Source of the DNA: Acidobacteriaceae bacterium
Lineage (GTDB): Bacteria; Acidobacteriota; Terriglobia; Terriglobales; Acidobacteriaceae
Direction of reading: 5' to 3'
DNA: 36,318 nucleotides
NCBI GenBank assembly: GCA_003151875.1
Contig: PLYW01000302.1
Location: forward strand, 1 to 36,318
The notes beneath the pieces are model-generated. The model was not told the DNA's origin. It saw nothing but the letters and a program-made list of their open reading frames with translations, and did not search any database. Shown here in pieces: positions 30,749 through 36,318 of the stretch (positions within the stretch are counted from its first letter, which is position 1; each line of letters opens with the position of its first letter). The position numbers were made by a program, and so were the translations under genes.

Positions 30749-32320
30749 ATGGCTACCGTTTCTAATCTCTCTCCGCCAGAAGATCGCCAGAGTCCGGCCC
30801 GCTGGTATGCCAGTGGCTTTGCGGTGGTCGCCTTGATTGTTGCGGCGCGACTGTCGCTCCACCTGCTGACCGCCAACCGCTACGGCATTTTTCGCGACGA
30901 ACTCTATTACGTCGCCTGCAGCCGGCATCTGGACTGGGGCTACGTGGACATGCCGCCGTTCATTCCGGCGGTGACGTGGCTGTTCACTTCCCTGTTTGGG
31001 GCTTCGCTGTTTGTTATCCGCCTCATCCCGGCAATCGCGGGCTGCGGCGCCATCGCCCTGACCGGGTATCAGGCGTACCAGTTCGGCGGACGGCGCTTCG
31101 CAATGGCGCTGTCAGGTTTGGCGATGGCGGTTTCCGCCGTCTTCGTCATCAACGGCCACCTGCTGGGGACGAACGATTTCGAGGCGTTGTTCTGGATGGG
31201 CTGCGCTTCCGTCGTCATCCGCATCATCCAGACCGGCAATCAGAAATTGTGGCTGTGGTTCGGCGTGCTGGCGGGCATCGGTCTCGAAAACAAGTATTCG
31301 ATGGCCGTGTTCGGCCTGGGCATCGTCGTGGGATTGCTGTTCACGCCGGAACGCAAGGCTTTCACTCACAGGTGGATCTGGATCGCCGGCGGAATCGCAT
31401 TTCTGATTTTCCTGCCCAACTTGCTATGGAATGTTCACCGCGACTGGCCGTTTGTGCAGTTGCTGCACAACATCCACGCCAGCGGCCGCGACGTTGAACT
31501 TAATCCCGTCGACTTCTTCCTGCGGCAGGTCCTGATGGTGAATCCCTTCGCCCTTCCGTTGTGGCTGGCGGGATTGGGGTGGCTGTTCTTTGGCCGCGAA
31601 GGGCGGCCCTACCGCGTTCTGGGCTGGGCGTACCTGGTCACGTTCGGGGTCTTCATGGTTCTGCATGGCAAGGATTACTACGTTGCTCCGGCGTATCCCA
31701 TGCTCTTCGCGGCCGGCGCCGTGGTCTGCGAGCAATGGATCGAGCGCACCGGGCACAAATGGCTGAAACCCGCGTTTGCTCTGGTGCTCGTGGTTCCGGC
31801 GCTGGTGTTCTTGCCACTCATTGCGCCGGTCATCAGCCCCCCGCAGTTCGTCGCGTTCACGCGGGCCATTCATTTCGCGCCACCCATCAGCGAGCACAGT
31901 CACGCTCGCTCTCCGCTGCCGCAGTATTATTCCGACGAGCTTGGCTGGGAAGCCATGGTCGCCGAGGTGGCCCGCGTGTATCACAGCCTGCCGCCCGAGG
32001 TGCAGGCCAGGACTGCCATCAAGACGAGCGATTACGGACAGGCTGGCGCGATTGACTATTTCGGTCCGAAGTATGGTTTGCCCAATGCGGTGTGCTTTCA
32101 TCAGAACTACTGGTACTGGGGCGTTCATGGCTACACCGGCGAGAGCATCATCGTGCTCGGGGAAGGCAATCCCGCGCATCTTAAGAGCATCACCGAGTAT
32201 GCCGAAAAGGTGGGACACTTTGAGTATCCCTACGCGCTGGAGGATTTTGACATCTGGTATGTCCGCGGGCTGAAAATGAGCTTGCACGACATTTGGGAAC
32301 ATGAGAAAGACTGGGACTAG
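30749..32320 (+). CDS. Glycosyltransferase family 39 (ArnT/PMT-like) membrane protein
   Basis: This polytopic protein has the first-loop motif YGIFRDELYYVACSRHLDWGYVDMPP, typical of bacterial GT39/PMT_2 proteins. A C-terminal soluble region follows. Confidence 0.8.
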   Translation: MATVSNLSPPEDRQSPARWYASGFAVVALIVAARLSLHLLTANRYGIFRDELYYVACSRHLDWGYVDMPPFIPAVTWLFTSLFGASLFVIRLIPAIAGCGAIALTGYQAYQFGGRRFAMALSGLAMAVSAVFVINGHLLGTNDFEALFWMGCASVVIRIIQTGNQKLWLWFGVLAGIGLENKYSMAVFGLGIVVGLLFTPERKAFTHRWIWIAGGIAFLIFLPNLLWNVHRDWPFVQLLHNIHASGRDVELNPVDFFLRQVLMVNPFALPLWLAGLGWLFFGREGRPYRVLGWAYLVTFGVFMVLHGKDYYVAPAYPMLFAAGAVVCEQWIERTGHKWLKPAFALVLVVPALVFLPLIAPVISPPQFVAFTRAIHFAPPISEHSHARSPLPQYYSDELGWEAMVAEVARVYHSLPPEVQARTAIKTSDYGQAGAIDYFGPKYGLPNAVCFHQNYWYWGVHGYTGESIIVLGEGNPAHLKSITEYAEKVGHFEYPYALEDFDIWYVRGLKMSLHDIWEHEKDWD

Positions 32321-32438
32321 TTCGGCAACCGTGCACAGCGGAGCAGGCGGCGTTGCTCCGAAAGAACAGGCGCGGTCAAAGCGCTTTGCCCGCAAGGGCC
32401 GGATAGCACCGCCCGCGAACCGGAGCTACGCTGTGACC

Positions 32439-33485
32439 ATGCAAACCGAACTTCAGAACGAAAATCATTGGCAACAAGTGATGGCGCGCGATGCCCGGCA
32501 GGACGGACGCTTCGTTTTCGCGGTGCGCACCACCGGCGTTTACTGCCGCCCGTCGTGTCCGAGCCGTCGTCCGCGGCGCGACTCGGTTGAGTTCTTTCCC
32601 GATCCGCGTGAAGCCGAGCGCGCCGGTTACCGCGCCTGTCTGCGTTGCAAGCCGACGGAAATCTCCGCCCAGGCGCAATACGTGCTTCGGGCGCGGCGGA
32701 TGCTTGACAACGCCGAAGGCGTGATGACTCTCGCAGGGCTCAGCAAGCGGGTCGGGCTTAGCCCGTTCCATCTGCAACGGCTGTTCAAGCGCGCAACGGG
32801 GCTCAGTCCGCGCGAGTATCAATCGGCGCGGCGCATGCAGCACGTCAAAACCGAACTACGCAAAGGAGAAGATGTGACCACCGCACTGTACGACGCAGGT
32901 TTCAGCTCGCCCAGCCGTCTCTATGAAAAGTCCGATCAGCAGCTTGGCATGACGCCAGGCACGTACCGGCGCGGCGGCGCGGGCGCGACGATCATGTTTG
33001 CGATTGCGCCGACTCCGCTGGGACGAATGCTGGTTGCTGCCACCGAGCGCGGGCTGTGCGCTGTCCGCTTTGGCGAGAGCGTAACTGAGTTGGAACGCGG
33101 CCTGCGCCACGAGTTCCACGCCGCGACCGTACAACGTGACGATGCGGCCATGCGTCGTTTTATCGAGCCGCTGCGGGCCAGCCTGGGCGGCGAGAAGACC
33201 ACGATCGACTTGCCTCTCGACGTGCGCGCCACCGCCTTCCAGCGGAAAGTATGGGAGACGTTGCAACGGATTCCACGCGGCGATACGCGCAGCTACACGG
33301 AGATCGCGCGCGCGATCGGCGAGCCGAAAGCGGTCCGCGCTGTGGCCCACGCTTGCGCTTCGAATCCTGTGGCGCTGGCGGTGCCATGTCATCGCGTAGT
33401 GCGTAGCGACGGGAACCTGGCCGGATACCGCTGGGGACTGGAAAGAAAGAAGAAACTGCTGGAGGGCGAGCGGGCCAACTCCTAA
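32439..33485 (+). CDS. ada: Bifunctional Ada: methylphosphotriester-DNA methyltransferase/AraC-type activator + O6-methylguanine-DNA methyltransferase
   Basis: The Ada Zn-domain (RFVFAVRTTGVYCRPSCPSRR...ACLRCKP) is nearly collinear with E. coli Ada. An AraC HTH is present (LSPFHLQRLFKRATGLSPREYQ). The MGMT active site PCHRVV is present. ATG 32439 is preferred over the ORF-track start at 32301. Confidence 0.9.
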   Translation: MQTELQNENHWQQVMARDARQDGRFVFAVRTTGVYCRPSCPSRRPRRDSVEFFPDPREAERAGYRACLRCKPTEISAQAQYVLRARRMLDNAEGVMTLAGLSKRVGLSPFHLQRLFKRATGLSPREYQSARRMQHVKTELRKGEDVTTALYDAGFSSPSRLYEKSDQQLGMTPGTYRRGGAGATIMFAIAPTPLGRMLVAATERGLCAVRFGESVTELERGLRHEFHAATVQRDDAAMRRFIEPLRASLGGEKTTIDLPLDVRATAFQRKVWETLQRIPRGDTRSYTEIARAIGEPKAVRAVAHACASNPVALAVPCHRVVRSDGNLAGYRWGLERKKKLLEGERANS

Positions 33486-33505
33486 CTATGTGGCCTCCCT
33501 GACGT

Positions 33506-33530
33506 GCGGCGGACTGGTCCGCCGCATTTT
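33506..33530 (+). terminator. Rho-independent terminator after ada
   Basis: Stem gcggcggac-tg-gtccgccgc (9 bp) is followed by ATTTT, 20 nt after the ada stop. Confidence 0.6.
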
Positions 33531-33658
33531 CATCGCTGTAATGAGTTCCGTTTCGGCACTCGCTGTTCCACTTGGTTTCCCATCCTCCCGCCGCTCATTT
33601 ATACTTGCTCGTTTCACGTTATGCGCTCAAAGCATTCCGTGAAGCGTTAGGAGCCGTG

Positions 33659-34429
33659 GTGAAGATCCTGGTCTGCATGAAGCAGGTTCCGCAGAAAGAC
33701 GCGCCGCTCAAGTTAAATGAGGGCGGCACGTGGATTCGCGAAGATATTTCCTACGAAGTGAACGAGCCCGACGCCTACGCTCTGGAAGAGGCGCTGCGGC
33801 AGAGAGAGAAGCACGGCGGCGAGGTGGTGGTGATCACCAGCGGTCCGGCGCGCGCGCAGCAGGTGTTGCGCGAGGCGCTGGCCAAGGGCGCCGACCGCGC
33901 CATTCACCTGGAAGGCGACGGTTTCGTTATCCTCGATGCATTCAACACTGCCAAGGCCTTCGCAGCGGCCATCAAGGACGAAAGCTTCGATCTCATCTTC
34001 ACCGGCTTGCAGTCGGATGACTTTGGCTTTGCCCAGACCGGCGTCATTTTGGCTGAGCTGCTCGGCTGGCCGCACGCCACCATCATCATGCAAATTGAAA
34101 AGAGCGATAGCGGCATTCGGGTGAAGCGCGAACTCGAGGCCGGCTTCTTTCAGTTTGTCGATATGCCGCTGCCGGCGCTGCTGACCATCCAGTCGGGCAT
34201 CAACAAATTGCGGTACGCAACCTTGATCGGCATCAAGCAGGCAAAGAACAAGCCGCTCAAGAAAGTGAGCTTTGACGAGGTCAAGCCGGCGCTCGGCGCG
34301 AACCTGCAGAAGATCGAGAAGCTGTACATCCCGCAGAAGACCAAGAAGACCGAAGTGCTGCAAGGTCCTCCGGGAGAGATCGCCAAGAAGTTGGTGGACA
34401 AGCTGCGCAACGAGTTGCGCGTGATCTAA
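33659..34429 (+). CDS. etfB: Electron transfer flavoprotein beta subunit
   Basis: The sequence VKILVCMKQVPQ... is the canonical EtfB N-terminus. A GTG start at 33656 or 33659 follows an AGGAG RBS. The ORF-track start at 33572 is rejected. Confidence 0.9.
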   Translation: MKILVCMKQVPQKDAPLKLNEGGTWIREDISYEVNEPDAYALEEALRQREKHGGEVVVITSGPARAQQVLREALAKGADRAIHLEGDGFVILDAFNTAKAFAAAIKDESFDLIFTGLQSDDFGFAQTGVILAELLGWPHATIIMQIEKSDSGIRVKRELEAGFFQFVDMPLPALLTIQSGINKLRYATLIGIKQAKNKPLKKVSFDEVKPALGANLQKIEKLYIPQKTKKTEVLQGPPGEIAKKLVDKLRNELRVI

Positions 34430-34588
34430 GGCGTATTCGAGCGGCCCTGGCTGCGACGCATCTGCATCGGAAGGTTGCGTCCCTGATCTTTGGTAATCAA
34501 GTGTTGTCTGGCACCAGAAATCGTGGCTCGCCGAGCTTCCAAAGGTATTGCATCCTGGTCACTATTTGGCATCTAAGCGGGTGAACTC

Positions 34589-34933
34589 ATGACGAAAGGA
34601 GCTCGTCTGCTTATGCCAGGATTTGATCGCGATCAGGTTGCCATTGACAACACGGTTGAGAACCGCCGCCTTGGTTCTTTTTTGCTGACAGTGGGCTGGA
34701 TACTGCTCTGGATGGACGCAATTTTGGCGATGTTCGTCTTCATCAGCCTGCGCAACGGTTCGTGGTTTTGGCCGATATGGCTGGGCATCGAGTGCGTTTT
34801 AGGGTTGATTCTGGTGATTATGGGGACCCGCTATCGGCGCGCTGTCGGCGTTACCCGGCTGGGACAACGCGAGCTGCAGCGCACGCTCGAGCAACAGCGC
34901 CGGGAAGACGCGGAAGAGGACCAGGTGGCCTGA
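34589..34933 (+). CDS. Hypothetical small membrane protein (2 TM)
   Basis: It has two hydrophobic segments (FLLTVGWILLWMDAILAMFVFISL and WPIWLGIECVLGLILVIMG) and a charged tail. It resembles the next small ORF. The RBS is weak. Confidence 0.5.
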   Translation: MTKGARLLMPGFDRDQVAIDNTVENRRLGSFLLTVGWILLWMDAILAMFVFISLRNGSWFWPIWLGIECVLGLILVIMGTRYRRAVGVTRLGQRELQRTLEQQRREDAEEDQVA

Positions 34934-35022
34934 CCCGCCGAGGGTGCGAAATTGCCACCTTGGAAGTTTGGCTAACAGTAGATTGGCAAGTCGGCGCCCG
35001 CGGCGGCGGGTAGGAGGCGACC

Positions 35023-35232
35023 ATGCCATCGTCAGAAGAAAAACGTGAAACCGGCTCCGCCTTCGTGATCATTGGCTGGATTCTGGTGCTGTTTGCATTC
35101 CTCGTCATGTTCTTTCAGCCGGCGGCACGCAAGCTGGGAGAGACACGCTTTGAGATCATCGCAGGCGTATTGGTCGCAGTGGGTCTGGTGTTGAATATCG
35201 TCGGCGCTCGCATTAGACGCCGCAATCGGTGA
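35023..35232 (+). CDS. Hypothetical small membrane protein (2 TM), paralogue-like of the preceding ORF
   Basis: A TAGGAGG RBS lies 6 nt upstream. TM segments are AFVIIGWILVLFAFLVMFF and IIAGVLVAVGLVLNIVGA, with an RIRRRNR tail. Confidence 0.55.
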   Translation: MPSSEEKRETGSAFVIIGWILVLFAFLVMFFQPAARKLGETRFEIIAGVLVAVGLVLNIVGARIRRRNR

Positions 35233-35271
35233 GCTAAATAAGGCTTGCAACGTAGATAAGGTCGGATCGAA

Positions 35272-36264
35272 ATGGCAGATACCATCCTAGTTGTTGTAGA
35301 GCAACGCGAAGGCAAATTGAATCGGGTTTCCTGGGAGACCATCACCGGAGCGCAGGCGATCGCCGTTGAAACGGGTTGGGCGCTGGAAGCGGCCGTAGCT
35401 GGCAGCGGCGTGGGCGACATCGCCAAAGAAATCGCCGCGACAAAGGTGTCGAAGGTGTACAACCTCGAGTCGGCCAAACTTGAGCCGTACACGCCCGATG
35501 GCTTTGTGGCCGCGCTGAAACCGTTCATCGAACAGAAGCAGCCCAAGCTTGTGCTGATGCCGCACACCTACCAGGTGCGCGACTTCGCTCCCAAGCTGGC
35601 TGCCGCGTTGAATCGCACGCTCATCAGCGATGCCGTCGGCTACAAGTATGAGGGCGGCGACCTGCGGTTCACCCGCCAGATGTTCCAGGGAAAGTTCGCC
35701 GCCGACGTGTCCTTCGTGGGTGATCCGCCGTACTTCGCAACCTTCCAGAACGGCGCCTTCCGTGGCGACCAAGTCGTACACGGGGACGCAGCGGCGCCGG
35801 TGGAAACCGTCAATCTCGACGTGGCCGACGGTGCCGTACGAAATAAACCCGAGGCCCCGTTCAAAGAGGCGAAGCAGGCAGTTGACCTAACGCAGGCGGC
35901 GATTATTGTCGCTGTCGGTCGCGGTATCAAAGAGCAGAAGAACATCGAACTTGCCCAGCAGTTGGCCGACGCGTTGGGCGGCGAGATCGCGGCATCACGG
36001 CCGATTTGCGATTCTGGCTGGCTGCCGATGGATCGTCAGGTGGGATCGTCGGGACAGACGGTTGCACCCAAGCTGTATCTCGCGCTGGGAATCAGCGGGG
36101 CGATTCAGCACGTAGTGGGGATGAAAGGCGCGCGCACTATCATTGCCGTCAACAAAGACGCAGAGGCGCCCATCTTTGAAATTGCCGACATCGCCGTGGT
36201 CGGCAATCTGTTCGATATCGTTCCACCCCTGATCGAAGAAGTGAAAAAAACGAAAGGCGCTTAG
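35272..36264 (+). CDS. etfA: Electron transfer flavoprotein alpha subunit
   Basis: The 330-aa product has an EtfA C-terminal FAD-binding region (IIVAVGRGI, ASRPICDSGWLPMDRQVGSSGQTVAPKLYLALGISGAIQH, IIAVNKD). Confidence 0.92.
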   Translation: MADTILVVVEQREGKLNRVSWETITGAQAIAVETGWALEAAVAGSGVGDIAKEIAATKVSKVYNLESAKLEPYTPDGFVAALKPFIEQKQPKLVLMPHTYQVRDFAPKLAAALNRTLISDAVGYKYEGGDLRFTRQMFQGKFAADVSFVGDPPYFATFQNGAFRGDQVVHGDAAAPVETVNLDVADGAVRNKPEAPFKEAKQAVDLTQAAIIVAVGRGIKEQKNIELAQQLADALGGEIAASRPICDSGWLPMDRQVGSSGQTVAPKLYLALGISGAIQHVVGMKGARTIIAVNKDAEAPIFEIADIAVVGNLFDIVPPLIEEVKKTKGA

Positions 36265-36318
36265 CGGCATCACACGCGCCGGCAGATTCTTGAGGTAGAG
36301 AGCGGCGCATGAACTTGC

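Noticed and set aside
1-36318. Scan for CRISPR arrays, rRNA/tRNA genes, transposases, integrases, phage genes or known defence-system genes.
   Set aside because: No regularly spaced direct repeats with unique spacers were seen, nor any rRNA/tRNA-like sequence or recombinase motif. The only mobile-type content is higBA and the short interspersed repeats.

Overview
The window is a high-GC chromosomal segment. Its gene content suggests Acidobacteriota (Terriglobia-like): a VWFA-related 'Acidobacterial' type VWA protein, GT39/GT-C membrane glycosyltransferases, and interspersed TTGTCATC...GAGGGATCTGC repeats. This taxonomic call is an inference.

Nearly all genes lie on the + strand, in this order:
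(1) A cell-elongation supercluster, mreB (5' truncated)-mreC-mreD-[higBA on the opposite strand]-mrdA(PBP2)-rodA, followed by an Rne/Rng-family ribonuclease with a very large insertion.
(2) A secreted hypothetical protein, a MoaD-MoaE fusion, a VWA protein, DUF3467, a GT-C glycosyltransferase-like membrane protein, and a three-domain adenylase/carrier/acyltransferase protein.
(3) A tightly packed metabolic cluster: HD-domain protein, MmgE/PrpD-family dehydratase, fused large+small aconitase-family hydro-lyase, isocitrate/isopropylmalate-family dehydrogenase, a CitD-CitE fusion and CitF.
(4) A mixed region of small secreted proteins, a Zn-ribbon protein, a membrane PP2C phosphatase, DUF302 and a HAD hydrolase.
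(5) A GT39 glycosyltransferase, Ada, and etfB/etfA split by two small membrane-protein genes.

I found no rRNA, tRNA, CRISPR array, transposase or integrase.

The best candidate for an undescribed system is the 18.1-26.3 kb cluster. It joins the dehydrate/rehydrate/oxidatively-decarboxylate logic (PrpD + aconitase family + IDH family) to citrate-lyase-type subunits. It has no synthase and no citC/citG/citX maturation genes in the window, and the CitD-like domain has a shifted prosthetic-group serine motif.

Secondary points of interest:
- the ~480-aa Arg/acid-rich insertion inside the S1 domain of the ribonuclease
- the AMP-binding/carrier/PlsC-type fusion
- the low-GC higBA module in the mre/mrd operon, with a promoter-embedded palindrome
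- a short interspersed repeat family
- exact GTCAG heptad repeats
- etfB/etfA interrupted by two paralogous small membrane proteins

All family assignments come from motif recognition by eye. No database search was run.
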